DNA from: Felis catus
Taxonomy: Eukaryota
Reading direction: 5' to 3'
Assembly (NCBI RefSeq): GCF_018350175.1
Contig: NC_058368.1
Coordinates: 38,318,001-38,382,000, forward strand
Length of the DNA stretch: 64,000 nucleotides
A model generated the notes under the pieces. That model had not been told where the DNA came from, did not search any database, and saw only the letters and a program-made list of their open reading frames with translations. Below are positions 1 to 12,637 of the stretch, in pieces. The position numbers and the translations under genes are program-made. Positions within the stretch are counted from its first letter, which is position 1; the number at the start of each line of letters is the position of its first letter.

Positions 1-968
1 AAATGAACTTGGGACATTTCCTGAGTGCCAGTTGCCAAACACCATGGCACTTGACACATGTAAAAGCCACCTTCCTGGGTACTGTTGTTCCAGACTGCAG
101 CAGAGAGTGTAAAGATGGCACCTGCCAGCCTCTGTCCCTGAAGACTGTTTCAGTAGGTTTTCCTAGATGTGTGTTAAATTAGATGTCTGCCTCTCCAGTC
201 AACACTTTAAGATAAGCAAATGAGCCTCTATCACAGTCTCAGAGCATTTCAACCTGATTCCTATGCACTGGGCCTTGGGGTCAGTAGGTCTGTGCTCATG
301 AGCCTTTGGAGGCCAATTTCTCAGTTTGCTATAGCCTTGTGGGTCTTGTGGACACAAGTCCTATTGGCTTTCAATGCCATCTTTTGGAGGCTCATATCCC
401 AGGTGTAGGTCTTTTTTTTTTATTTTTTATTAAATTTTTTTTCAAATGTTTATTTATTTTTGGGACAGAGAGAGACAGAGCATGAACAGGGGAGGAGCAG
501 AGAGAGAGAGAGGGAGACACAGAATCGGAAACAGGCTCCAGGCTCTGAGCCATCATCAGCCCAGAGCCCGATGCGGGGCTCGAACTCCCGGACCGCGAGA
601 TCATGACCTGGCTGAAGTCGGACGCTTAACCAACTGCGCCACCCAGGCGCCCCATAGGTCTTAAGATTGGGGGTGACTGATGAAGGATTTCAACCCTTTA
701 CTCCCCCTGGGGCAGATCCAGGTTTCGAGTTCCCTTCTGATTGTGGGTCACTCTGCCAGAGGGAGGGGATTATAGTGAGAATGTGTCTGAGCCTGCTTTG
801 ACCCAGATTTTTTTTTCTTCATTTCCCGAGAGTAGGAGTTGCTCAGCTGGTTGTTTTTGGTTGTTTTTTGTTTGTTTTTCCAGAGGAAAATTTTCCACAT
901 GTATTGGTAGATAAGGTGTATCTATGGAAGAAGGTGAGTTCAGGCTCTTCCTATGTCACCATCTTGAA
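1..968 (-). mobile_element. Old LINE-1 5'UTR end (L1M/L1_Carn-type), runs off the window start
   Basis: Reverse complement starts TTCAAGATGGTGACATAGGAAGAGCCTGAACTCACC, resembling L1M-type 5' ends (AAGATGG YY1-like core). Interrupted by a SINE at 414-653. Confidence 0.6.
414..653 (-). mobile_element. Young Can-SINE (SINEC_Fc-like)
   Basis: rc starts GGGGCGCCTGGGTGGCGCAGTTGGTTAAGCGTCCGAC, followed by (CT)n and an A-tail. TSD TAGGTCTT at 406-413 and 655-662. CpGs retained. Confidence 0.95.
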
Positions 969-1029
969 TAGGAACATTAGAGACTTCAGACATTATGTTT
1001 TACAGCTTGATTCTCACAGCATTATTCCT

Positions 1030-1384
1030 GTAGATCATGGTTTTGAGAAACAGCCCATATGAGAAAAGCAGGAAGGGGCAAAGGGAGAAGTTGAACTCCA
1101 ACATTGTTTCAAATAGCTTGTCTCAGTTGGCATCAGGTGGTCTTTCAGAGAGCTCTTCAAATCTAAGTGAAGACACCTTTGTGCCTGTCCACATAGACCA
1201 ACCATTGGTACAAACTGTCCACTGAAGGGGCCATGACCTTGACCAAAGCAGTGCCTTAGGCTGAGAGCAAGGCCTAGGGAGGGACTCAACTGTGAACCAT
1301 CAGCAATCCACACTCCCTGCACTGGGGAATCAGTACCTTGATCTTGAAAGGGGAGGACCTTGATGGTGTTGAGCATCCCCTACA
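1030..1384 (-). mobile_element. LTR16-like ERVL LTR (3' LTR of a proviral remnant)
   Basis: rc begins TGTAGGGGATGCT, like LTR16 5' ends. Directly preceded on the minus strand by a purine tract AAAGGATGGA (PPT-like). Left boundary approximate. Confidence 0.6.
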
Positions 1385-2450
1385 TCCATCCTTTACACCA
1401 CATGATCTTTAATGTAATTTCATCCCATTGGAAAGAGCTCCTGTAGGATATTGGTCGGTGGCTTTGCCTCTGCAATCTTTTACAAGAGGAAGGCTAATGG
1501 GAAAAACTGTAACCTGGTGTCAAGGGTATTGATCCTTATCTCTATTCTCAACAATACAGGTTTTATTTCCCTCATTTCCACTGGTTTAGGTGGCTTATCT
1601 AGCATGGTGACCAAAAGGCCCATCCCTGTGACCTCTAGACTTCTGCTCATCATGGCCTCTCAGGTTGCGGCTTCCGCATTTGTTTTCATAATTGGGCAGG
1701 AAGGTGCCAGGAAATGTCCCAGTGGACATGATTTGAGGGCCAGATACATTCTTCCCTGCTCACATCCTACCACAGCCTCATCTTAATTACTCCTGCCATG
1801 ATGGTAGCTCATTTCCTTGCCTGTCGCTCTCTGGATATAGGAAGCCAAAAGTAATTGAGTGGCAAGTAGAGTTTGCAGTTGTAGATGAGGCAAAATTTTA
1901 GCTTTATCCTCTTCAGGTTTTCAGCAGTACCTGAGAAAGTGAACTAAGACGGACTGACAGGAGAAAAAAACAACACATTTATGGAAGTTTTACAAGATGT
2001 AGAAGGCCTTATTAGGGAATGAAGACCCCAAAAGTGGTAAAACCTGAAGGCTTGATACTAGGTTGAACAAAAGCAATTGCAGGAGAGTAACTAAACTATG
2101 AGTGAGGGGTGCTAAAGGAAGAGAGGAATTTTAACAAAAATCATTTGTTGCAAATATTGCACAAACTTTTGTATGGAATTCTCCCAGTGGAAGAGTGCTT
2201 CTTTTTTCTTCTTTGGTATAGGCAGGGCATCTTTCACATTGGAGTTACCTCCTGTTTTCAGAAAGAAAAGACTAGAACGCCCTCTTCCATCTGCTGTTTT
2301 TCAAGTGCCTTTAGCTCAAAATAATGCTTATGTAAAAGTGGCATATTTTGGGGTTTCATATTCTGCCACCCTCCACAGTTGATGGGACACTTCGCTTCTG
2401 AGATCCAGGGCCTCTAAATCCCTGGACCCTAAAGTTGAGGGTCCAGGCCG
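1385..2450 (-). mobile_element. ERVL-class internal remnant (ERV3-16A3_I-like; dUTPase/pol C-terminal region), split by a MER34-like LTR
   Basis: Minus-strand degenerate peptides LPLNYFWLPISRERQARK*ATIMAGVI, GHFLAPSCPIMKTN and GMGLLVTMLDKPPKPVEM resemble, in order, remembered ERVL motifs LPPGHFGLL..QQAKKGVTVLAGVI, GRLLVLPCPVIKVN and GMKVWVTPPGK.PRPAEV. Confidence 0.65.
1880..2377 (-). mobile_element. MER34-like ERV1 solo LTR
   Basis: rc starts TGTGGAGGGTGGCAGAATATGAAACCCCAAAATATGCCACTTTT...ATTATTTTGAGCT (MER34 hallmark) and ends CTACA. GTTG at 1878-1881 and 2378-2381 is a probable TSD, overlapping the left terminus by 2 nt. Confidence 0.75.
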
Positions 2451-3016
2451 GGATCCCAGAGATATAGACTGCGCTATACCTACTCTGCGCCGGGAGTGGG
2501 AGGCCACAACCCAAGCCAGGCCTACCAGTTTCTGTCCCCAAAATTTAGAATTGGCCTGGCTCCTTTTGAGGGTTAACTATGAATTTGAGGGCTAGGAGAG
2601 ACGGTTTTCTACCACATTGAACTAGGAGGCACAGACCAGTTTGCAAAAAATAAGAAAATGCGGATGCACAAAGGGAAGCAGGGCAGAGAGCCAGTGAGAA
2701 AAGAATCCCCGAGTTGCGCATAAACTCTGATCCCTTGTCCAGCTCTTTCCTGAGGCCAACCCTGACTGACTATAGGTTTCATTACCCCCATTCCTTATGT
2801 TAATTCCTCTTTCTGCTTAAACTACACTGGTCTTTTCTGAGAAATGTAATGGCTTTCCCATAGCAGCCTGCCCTTTCGCCTTTAAGTAATTGTGAAATGA
2901 GACTTAACATCCAAGATACTTTGAAAAATTCAAATGAATATTAGACTTGGCAGTTGATAGGACTGGTGAGTTATTTTTAAAGCGCACATTAATAATAAGT
3001 CACCTGTTACTAATGC

Positions 3017-3034
3017 GGTGCACCCTAGTGGCAA
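3017..3034 (-). promoter_or_regulatory. Candidate CTCF-binding motif
   Basis: rc TTGCCACTAGGGTGCACC versus the CTCF core CCACYAGRKGGCRS, one mismatch. Confidence 0.4.
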
Positions 3035-4289
3035 AGCCGCATCTCTTGGAGCTGAAAAAAGTCTCACTTCACAACTTACTATAAATATAAATATTAATTC
3101 AGGAAAAGCATACTTCTATTTCATTTCCTTTTTTACTCATGGTTCTGTCGTGATGTAGTAGTTTTAGACTTGAAATAATTTTATTAAAAATCTTTTTAAA
3201 TGTCTTGCCCAGCACTCTTGTTCCCACAGCAAAAAACAGTCTATTCATGGTCTGCGTTTTCCTTTTTCTCTTTTGAAAAGCATCACATATGTTAAGCTGT
3301 AATTTGAATAAAACCTTACCATTACCTACTATTTTCCAAGGAGTTCTATATTTAGAACAACTTGAGCCCCTCAGACTACCAGGTCAGGGTGTAGGTGGTG
3401 ACATTACTATAAAACATGAAACCATGATTACACTCTTCGTTGTGTGCTTCCCTTTAAATATATGATTTCATTACTGTATAATTTCTTTGAATAATATTTT
3501 AAGTAGAAAAGAGTGAGTAATAAGACCGTAGTTTTACCCAGGAGCCTGCACTGAAACAAAGTGGTGCATGTTTGTTCGTGCGCTCCCCGGCAGTATGATG
3601 GATGGCGGCAATTACTGGAAAGAACAATATTAGTTTTACAGTTATTGTTATTAACTTAAAGTGCTAAGAATAAAATCCCATATTTCACTAGATACTCCAA
3701 TCATCGCCAAAATAGGTGACAGAGGAACATTTTATAATCCCTGTATTTTACACTGGCTGCACAACTAGAAATTGGCAGAGTCAAATCATTTATATCTCCT
3801 TATTACCAGCTTGCAGAAGCCATTGAGAATATGGAACCAGTGATGGATATTTTTGTGGCAGATGTTGTTTTATTCTCTCCCACTGTATTAAATTTGCCAT
3901 ACGTTGGTTCTAGTGCAGTTTATTAAAGTTTCAGAAAGAGATTAGCAGCAGAATGGCAAGACCTACATCTTCTTACCCTTGTTTCCCATTAACGAAAAAC
4001 CCACAAACTTATTTATTAATTATGAATATCATAAATATGGGATATATATGTAGTCCATAAATATTTCAGGAGACAAGCTGAGCAGAGAATTTTCCTAAAT
4101 CCCAGACATTTATACAGTTACCAAATCTTTCTTCTATAAATAAGATAAATATCGAAATAAGTGTTATCCATACAGTCCAGATAAAAGCAATTAATAAGGC
4201 ATTAAGATATTTGTTGCCTAGAAAGTATTCTATTTCGTGTGATCGATAGACTTGTAGAGAAGCTACAAGTATTGTGGGAAATTCCGCAG

Positions 4290-4490
4290 TTTCAATCCCA
4301 GCCTGCCGATTATGTGGCTTTGGGAAATTTACTTAACTCTCCCTGTTCTTTATTTTCCTAACTTATAAAATGGGGAAAATAATGGTTACTGCTTCACAGG
4401 ATTGTTAAGAGGGTTAAATGAGTTTATTTAAGTAAGGCATATAGAACAATGCCGGGTATTAACCATATGTACATTTAAAATGTTAGCTAT
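4290..4490 (+). mobile_element. MIR SINE
   Basis: TGTGGCTTTGGGAAATTTACTTAACTCTC...TATAAAATGGGGAAAATAAT...CACAGGATTGTTAAGAGGGTTAAATGAG matches the MIR core. Confidence 0.8.
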
Positions 4491-5660
4491 AGTGTTTAGT
4501 AATCAAGACTAGAACCAAGTATGTTGGAATCTATAAAACAACACTCATGGAACACTCATTTAAAAATCGTTTAGATATATTGAGGCCTGTTTTCGACCTA
4601 AGGTATTTTAAATAAACCAGCCCGGATGAAATAGATTTCTCCCAAGCCAGGTACACCTGGTTTAAATGGTCATAAGGTCATTACTGAAGAACATTTTAAA
4701 CCGTTATCTGATCTCCGTGTGTTTGACATGTTCACTTGGAGATTTCACTGTTAGTTGGACGAGCTAGATTATAACTGCTCCGAATATTTTGGCTCATTCT
4801 CAAGCTCTCCCCATATTAAAACCATTTGCACATCCATTTTCAGTAACCACCACATAAGGCATCAGTCCACTATAAAAACATTTGTAACAGAAACTCTCTC
4901 AAACAATTTGAAAGCTATTATGACTTGCACTGAGATTTCTCTCTGAAAATGTACAGGATAAAGCAATCAAAGAACACTGACAAAACGTAATGACGATTAT
5001 AAAATAGAGCATGTAAGAAGAGGCTGCATATGCTAGCATACCACCTTTTTATAGAATAGCTTTTCAGATATTGAAAAGTTTCATAAATGCTTTTGGGGAA
5101 AAAATGAGACCCTAGATTCGTCGTCAACCCACTTTGCATTCATTGTGAAACACACTCTAATTTGGCTCATTCATCATTGAAACCGAACTACCTTCTACCT
5201 TGCTTTTGTCTACTGTTGAGTATAGCAAGTTAAATACTTTTCCTCTAACCATTTTCCAGCTAGATGCAGCTTATAAAATAGTTTTGGCCATAGAGTTGTA
5301 AGCGTTCATTTGCTGAGGATATCTTTTCTTCTAAGACAAAAAGTCCAATTTTTGCAGTGAAAAGGTGTGTGGCTCTTTTTCTGGCTAGAGGTGAGGTGGC
5401 TATCCTACAGCCAGGAGGGTGAAAGTTTGAATCATGAGGACATATTTGTACCCATGGGGATATCCTTGAAAGGGTACACCAGACCAACCACTGCCTATAT
5501 CCAGACTTCCTGTTAAACTAAAAAGATAAATGCCTTCTTTATTTAGCCTACTGGTTATGAGGGTCCACACTGCCTCCTTAACTTTTAGAATGTAGTTTAT
5601 CAATGCCCCTCCATATCTTTTGAAACATCAGAAAAGTTCCAGGGAAAGCATTCAGTTCTC

Positions 5661-5663
<3 letters not shown>

Positions 5664-5706
<43 letters not shown>
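5664..5706 (+). repeat. Pure A43 homopolymer
   Basis: Directly visible. Confidence 0.95.
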
Positions 5707-5708
<2 letters not shown>

Positions 5709-8007
5709 ATAAGGTGTCTTCTTGTTCTTAATTTTCATCAGCCTTAAATATTTACTGCATATTCACAGAGTGGAAAGAACATTAGAATAGAGTTCAAGAT
5801 TTTAATGCTTTCTGAATATTTAGCGCACAACTTATTTCCATGGAAGTTCTATTTATGCTGCTGCTTGAGATTAGAAAATTATTATGTTTAATTATAGAAT
5901 CCCTCATGGTTTATCTTTGCAGCTAAATTTCAGGCCACTTAGAAGCTGATAGTTTTTTCCTGCAGATTCTGGTATAGAATTGTGAACAAAGTACATGTTC
6001 AATAAATCATTAATGAATGAATACACTGGATAAGCTTAATGGATAAATATTTAGCTCTATGAAAAACAAGTAAAAAAATGTTCACAATGCATACATGTAG
6101 TTAAGTATGTTTTAAACCATTAATGTCTGCATGGCACTTTCATTTCCTGTGCAAGAAATTAAGCCACCAAATAAAACCAGTGATGATAGTCAACATTTTC
6201 TTGGAAACACGTAACTTCTGTATTTGTCATATTTCGTTATTAAGATGGCAGAAATAACTGTAATGATCTTTTCATATAATTTTATTATTCAGTAATTAAC
6301 TGGTATCTGGTTATCCCATTAGCTATTTAAGAGAATTAAGACTCTGTCTACAATTTAACTGTATTATCAATTTCTGTCCGATAGAAGTTTATTAGCAGTG
6401 CAACTATACTCATTGAGATAGTTTTAAAAGAGATTTAGTCAGGAAGTAGGGCTCACATAAATGATTCTTTAAACTTCTTTGCAATTCAGATATCCATGAC
6501 TTGATCTGAAAAAGGAAATAAGTCAGTAATTCAACAAGAAATTTGCCTACATTTTACACAAAAGCAGGTTTCAATTTTGTGAACCATAAAGCTTATATAC
6601 AATTATATACAAATATATACATTTTTATGTACTTTCAACTAAAGAACGCTAAGTTCTTTTATATGTTTATTTTATTCAATTTCCTCCCAGTGAGGGGCTG
6701 AGAAGTTTGTAAGTCATTAACTTCACCCATAAATAATATGACTACCGATAAGTTTTATTCTAGCCATTTTTTCTGAGATAACTGAGTCGCCTACATACTT
6801 TTATACTGAATGAGAAAAATGTACTTGACTACTTGAAATAGGAAGTTGAAAAAGCTGTTTTGTTGAGTGGGAATACATTTACTGAGTAGCGTGCTGTGTG
6901 TATCATACACATGACCTGTGCAGCCATCATTAGAGAATCATTGCCTTTATGACCAACTAAAGCCAAAGGGTTTGAAAAATTACTAGGAATTAACAAAATA
7001 CTAGGAAATTGTGTCTTCACCAATTTTGACCTCTGCTCTGATACCAAATTTGCACAAAATGCTCTTTATGTGCTAAAAACATATATTTAAAATATCTATG
7101 CAAGCTGCCTTATCTCAAGAAGTCATTTATTTCCTACCCTCGAAAGTAGCTTTGAAAGTGTGAAGAATATATTATTTCTATCTTGGTTCATTTCAACCGA
7201 CTTTAAAAAACATTGTCTTTTCAAAGTAATAGAAAAAATAGATTGCAAAGATCAAGTAATCCTCATCTTCTACCTGAGTTCACTTGATAAGAAGTTTAAA
7301 ATCTAACTGCTATGGCACTGAACCTTGTTCACTGTCATCTCTTAATGTAATTTAATTTAAAAGAACACCTACACTTCTTAACTCCTGCATGCTTCAGGAA
7401 CAACTATATTTCTTGTGTTTTACTTGGTGTAATCAGTTAAACTTGTCAGTTTACCTACTTCTGCTCCTATCTGTATCTCAGGGCAAATTACACTATAAAT
7501 CCATGTCATGGGACATTTAGAGACCCTAGAGAGTACTAGGTTCTGTTTCACTTAGGTGTTTTCCTATGTTAACATACTACCATTAAGAATTTCAAATTGG
7601 AAGCCAAAAAAAAATTGAGTTAGATGTTTTCAGTGGGCTCCTTTAACTTACATTTCAGACATAAGTCCCTAAAGAATACTCTTCAGGATCATAGTAGCAA
7701 GTATGCATTTATTGCTACTCTAAATCAATTGCTAATTAATTCCACAAGGTACAGATGGCTTTCTCTTTAGCATTAAGTTTACTCTAGAAGTTTTACAGGT
7801 TACAAACTGCCATGGAGTTTGTAGCAATATATTCTTCTCTTTATTCTTCTCTTGTGCTCTCAAGGCCTGATCCTGAATTCTATGTGAAGTCATTGAGTGG
7901 CCAAAGTTATTTTAATAAGGACAAAAAGTATGTTCCTAACACTTCCTGCCCCAGTATTATTTATAGTATTGTTAGTTTTAAAGGTACTTGGATAATTTCA
8001 AAATCTT

Positions 8008-8200
8008 TCTTTTATAATGTTTATTTTTGAGAGAGGAACAGAGTGCAAGTGGGGGAGGGGCAGAGAGCGAGAGAGACAGAATCTGAAGCAGGTTACAGGC
8101 TGAGAGTTGTCAGCACAGAGCCTAATGCAGGGCTCCAACCCACTAACCAGGAGATCATGACCTGAAAGGAAATAGGACACTTAACCAACTGACCCACTCG
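8008..8200 (-). mobile_element. Can-SINE, head partly lost
   Basis: T-tract, AG-repeat and ...GAGATCATGACCTGAAA...CTTAACCAACTGA body. Confidence 0.85.
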
Positions 8201-8202
8201 AA

Positions 8203-8204
<2 letters not shown>

Positions 8205-8245
<41 letters not shown>

Positions 8246-8562
8246 GTTTGCCTATTTTGAGAGAGCACACATGCAAGTAGGGGAGAGACAGAAGGAGAGA
8301 ATCTGTGGCTGGCAGTGAAGAGCCCAATGGCAGGGCTCTATCCCAGGAACCATGAGATCATGACCTGAGCCAAAATGAAAACTGAAGGTTGATGGGGGGT
8401 GGGAGGGAGGGGAAAGTGAGTTGATGGGCTTTTGAGGAGGGCACCTGTTGGGATGAGCACTGGGTGTTGTACGGAAGCCAATCTGACAGTAAATTTCATA
8501 TTAAAAAAAATGAAAAAAAACAAGTGTTGGATGCTTAACTGACTGAGCCACCCATGCGCCCT
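8205..8562 (-). mobile_element. Can-SINE with long poly(T), interrupted by an L1 3'-end fragment
   Basis: SINE body ...CATGACCTGAGCCAAAAT[insert]CAAGTGTTGGATGCTTAACTGACTGAGCCACCCA. Confidence 0.85.
8379..8520 (+). mobile_element. ~140-bp 3' tail of feline-type L1
   Basis: Closely matches 31062-31195 (AACTGAGGGTTGATGGGG...GGGATGAGCACTGGGTGTTGTA...) and ends in an A-tail. Confidence 0.9.
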
Positions 8563-9289
8563 GGAAATCTTTTTATTTATTGGGTTTACTATTTACTTGC
8601 AAGACTAATAATGAAATCTATCACAAGATGAATGTTTTTAACATACAGACTGCATTTAAACTTCTCATAAAATTCTGGTCCCAATAGTTAAGGAGTAAGT
8701 CCTCTAATTCTTAAATTTCCAATTTTAAGTCAGAGCTCAATTCCCACATTAGTCATTTACATTCTAAAAATAAACTTTTAATATTTGTCTTTTTCATATC
8801 AAAGACTATCTTGAAGTATTATAATTACAAAAAATTACCAAGAAATTAGAGATTGACATTTTGTTGATTTTCTATTTTTGGCTTGAACTTTTTAGAACTA
8901 GTCCTGTACTTTCAAGGAAAGATTTGTTCTGTTCTATTTGCTCTTACCATTCAGTGCATTTCTAAAGAAATGTTTTCATTTCAAAGATTGTTACTTAAAT
9001 ATCTTAAAACTGGTTCTCATAATTAAACATTTAAAATTAAGATGTTCAATAAAAATATTAAAAATATGCAATTAATTATAATTTATTAAATTTAATGACA
9101 GAAAGAGAAATAAAGTACAGCATGGTTGGCCATGTGACATTTATTCTGAAATATCGTTATTCCTACATAATGTCCAAATATAAAATGTTTATCCCTTTCT
9201 CACATTCTAATGGTGGCCACCATCAGTAATTTGGTGTGTATCTTTCAGGAGATAATTGTCTGTGTATGTTTATATATATAAATAATATT

Positions 9290-9490
9290 GGGGCACCTGG
9301 GTGGCTCAGTCGGTTAAGCATCCAACTTCAACTCAGGTCATGATCTCACGGCTCATGAGTCCAAGCCCCGCATCAGGTTTTGGGCTGACAGTTCGTGGCC
9401 TGGAGCTTGCTTCAGATTCTGTGTCTCCCTCTCACCTTGCCCCTCTCCCACTCTCTCTCTCTCAAAAATAAACATTAGAAAATTTAAATA
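9290..9490 (+). mobile_element. Can-SINE
   Basis: GGGGCACCTGGGTGGCTCAGTCGGTTAAGC head, (CT)n, A-tail. AATATTGG on both sides. Confidence 0.92.
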
Positions 9491-9735
9491 AATATTGGCA
9501 CAAATATGAGTAATTTTAAAAATATCTAAAAATGTTTTATACAAGCACAGTCACATCATGCATAAGGTGGTTTTCCAACCAAATTTTGCTCTCTTTTTAG
9601 CAGAAGGATTATATATGCTAGTAATTACACATTTTGTTTAGTATGCATCATTTCCAGGTTTTTATTAATAACTTATAAAAGTACTGGCTTTATATAAATT
9701 TAAGATTTTATACTCTCTGAGTTTTTTTCATTGTA

Positions 9736-9945
9736 GGGACACCTGTGTGGCTCAGTCGGTTAAGCTCCGACTTCAGCTCAGGTCATGATCTTGGGGTTCC
9801 TGGGTTTGAGCCCGGGGTCGGGCTCTGTGCTGACAACTCAGAGCCTGGAGCCTCCTCTGGATTCTGTGTCTCCCTCTCTTTCTACCCCTCCCCCTGCTCA
9901 TGCTCTAGCTCTCTCTCTCAAAAATAAATGTTAAAAAAAATATAA
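9736..9945 (+). mobile_element. Can-SINE
   Basis: SINEC head and tail; degenerate TSD GTTTTTTTCATTGT / GTTTTTTCACTGT. Confidence 0.92.
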
Positions 9946-11924
9946 GTTTTTTCACTGTTGATTATCTTATAGTTAAAAACTCTAAATTCAGTGCTGTCTT
10001 TAGGGGCCACATTTTCAGGAAGGATTTAATGCAGTGATAATGAACACAAAAATGATGACAATAGTATTTGGACGTACTATCCATACAGTATTTACAAAAC
10101 CTTTTACTAGGATACTAATCTACCTTTTAGGCTATAAAGTAAGGTTTTCTTATTATGAATTGAAAACTGGTCACAATATAAAATGCTTTATCCCACTTAA
10201 AATTTAAATAGTGATTACAGAGTAATTCATTTCTTGTCATTGAGGAGTTTTCCGATCTGATGTAGCCAGCAGATGGCAGGCTTGTATTACATATCATCTG
10301 AATTTAGAGTGGCATGCCTGTTTATTTTAAAATGAATACTCACCTATATGCTTTTTGATGTTTCTATGTAAAAAGAAATGCAAGAAATAGTTTGTAACTT
10401 TTCTATAACCAGATAAACCAGTTTTTTTAGAACCAGTTATTTGTTGAAGTAACTTAAGAGTTGTGTAACTTGAAGTCCTGTTTATTACTTTTATAACTTG
10501 TTTTATGTTTTAGACATCACTACGATAGGAACATTAACACTTAGCCAAAAAATTAATCAGATTGCACTCCAATTCAAGATGGTCAAAAAGTATTGAAGAG
10601 TTTATAAAAAAAATACATTCTAAGAACTAATCTGTATCGAGTAAATAAGCCTTTCAAATTGAATATAAAATGCATACCAAACAGCTCATTTGAAAAGCAA
10701 ACACATATTGCTTAAGATTTGAGAAGTCTGTATGAAACCTGCTTATTGCTACCTTTCATTCATTCATCTTGACGGTCCATGCACACTAGTGTGGTGTGAG
10801 ACAAGGTGTTATTGGAGGTTTGTGTCCTACAATCACATCAGTTGATATGATACAGCAAATCGCATGGCGCGTCCCTTACCAGCATGACAAAAATATTTTC
10901 TTCTGCCAACTGCAACATGTGTGGAAGACAGCAAATCACGTATGCCAAGATTAAATGTCTTTATGCAAAAGCTTATTGAAAATAAAATTAATCCTCAAAA
11001 AATCTTATTTCATAGGTTATATTACTATAAAAAGATGAATTTGGCAACATCATTATGCACTAGATGTTAACGCAGGAAGTAGCATTATCGTGTACTTTTT
11101 TCATTTTCAAACAGAATGAGTTCGAAAGAAAGTTAGATGTATGCCTGAGGACACAGGGACAGCCAGAGAGGTGTACTGTGGGCATTACCATGCTCTAATA
11201 CGTTCTTTTTAGTGATTTTTCTGCATCAAGGTTGTGGCCAAAGAGGAAGTTATAAAGCATATGAAGAAACTCTCCTAAGCACATCTGTAACACAGGGAGC
11301 CAGAGGTCATTACAGCTGGTAAACTTTTCACATTTGGTTACACTCTTACATTTCCCTGTTTTTCCCAGGGGTGTCTGAGATGAGCATTGACTTCGAAGAA
11401 TAACTTGTCTTTGTACTGCAGACTGAGATAATTATTAGCAGAGAAAAACGCAGAAAGTCTCTACAACACTGTTGGGTTTTATTTATTACCTGTTTTGTTT
11501 GTTTCTTTTGTATGCTGTTCTGAAATTTAAACTGCTAACTAGAAAAGGCGACATCTGCTCTCGGCACACAGGGGCTCAGGATCCAACAATCCTGATGTCC
11601 TAATCAGCTTTGCCCTCTGTTCACAGGATGCATATTGTTATCACTGTTGTTGTATCTGTTGATGTTAGCTTTTAATTTCATGAACGTGAAACTTATGTTC
11701 ACTTTTCTGAAAGCTAATAAAATTAGTATCTATCTTTTCCCACTGCAAAATCTCTAGTAAATCTTTTTTTTTTTTTTTTCCACCTAGGGTCTGGAAGAAC
11801 TGTCAATTTCACCTCATCTGTTTACTCTTTCAGCAACTATCACTATTTTTCTGTTCTTACCCAGGTGAAAGGGAGGAGAAAAGCCAAAAAATGCCCCCAG
11901 TGGTTTCCTGCTTCTAAACCCTTG

Positions 11925-12085
11925 CAATTCAAAATGTGGTCCTCAGATCAGTAGTGCTTTGGCATCCTCTGAGGACCTGACAGAAGTATGAAAGGCCAGA
12001 CCCCCCCACCCCAAATCTCTGAACTCTCTGTAGGTACGCAAGATCCACAGGTGACTCACATGCAATGCATGATGAAGTCAGAATA
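11925..12085. mobile_element. MER5-like hAT-Charlie DNA transposon relic
   Basis: TTCAAAATGTGGTCCTCAGATCAGTAG...GGCATC...CCCCACCCCAAATC...CAAGATCCACAGGTGACTCACATGCA resembles MER5A/B. Confidence 0.65.
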
Positions 12086-12414
12086 GACCTCCACTCGATA
12101 CATTTCTGCAAAATAAGAGGAAAAGAAAAAAAAAAAAAAAACACAAAACCTTAGCCCATTTGTATTTCCTAAAGTCCACTAAGCATCAGACTCAAGGAAG
12201 GGCAATGGAAAAAACTTTCTTTTGGCCAAGTACTATATATGTAATCATGTATTCCATTTTGGGGTATCACCAGCCACATTTTCAAAACAACTGTTTCCTG
12301 GGGAAATAAACGATCTGGCAGAATTCAGTAACTGCATGTGAATAATGAAACTCAATGGGGGATTACAACAGTTCCTGATTTAAATAGGAGGGTGCTTTGG
12401 TGTTAAAACCATGG

Positions 12415-12637
12415 TTTTTTTTTTATTATTTAAAAAAATGTTTTTAACGTTTATTTATTTTTGAGACAGAGACAGAGCATGAATGGGGGAGGGGCAGAGA
12501 GACAGGGAAACACAGAATCAGAAGCAGGCTCCAAGCTATCAGCACAGAGCCTGACGCGGGGCTCGAACTCACGGACTGTGAGATCGTGACCTGAGCTGAA
12601 GTCGGACGCTTAACCAACTGAGCCACCCAGGCGCCCC
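12415..12637 (-). mobile_element. Can-SINE (young)
   Basis: TSD AAAACCATGG at 12405-12414 and 12638-12647. Confidence 0.95.

Noticed and set aside
392..664. SINE-overlapping ORFs here and at 9353, 12444, 21713, 22368 and others
   Set aside because: Chance frames in Can-SINE sequence; the same peptides recur in each copy.
9290..9375. tRNA-like A/B boxes at SINE heads
   Set aside because: These are tRNA-derived Can-SINE heads followed by (CT)n and an A-tail, not tRNA genes.
11545..11566. Second CTCF-like motif (rc GAGCAGATGTCGCC)
   Set aside because: Lacks the conserved CC at the start of the core; too weak to call.
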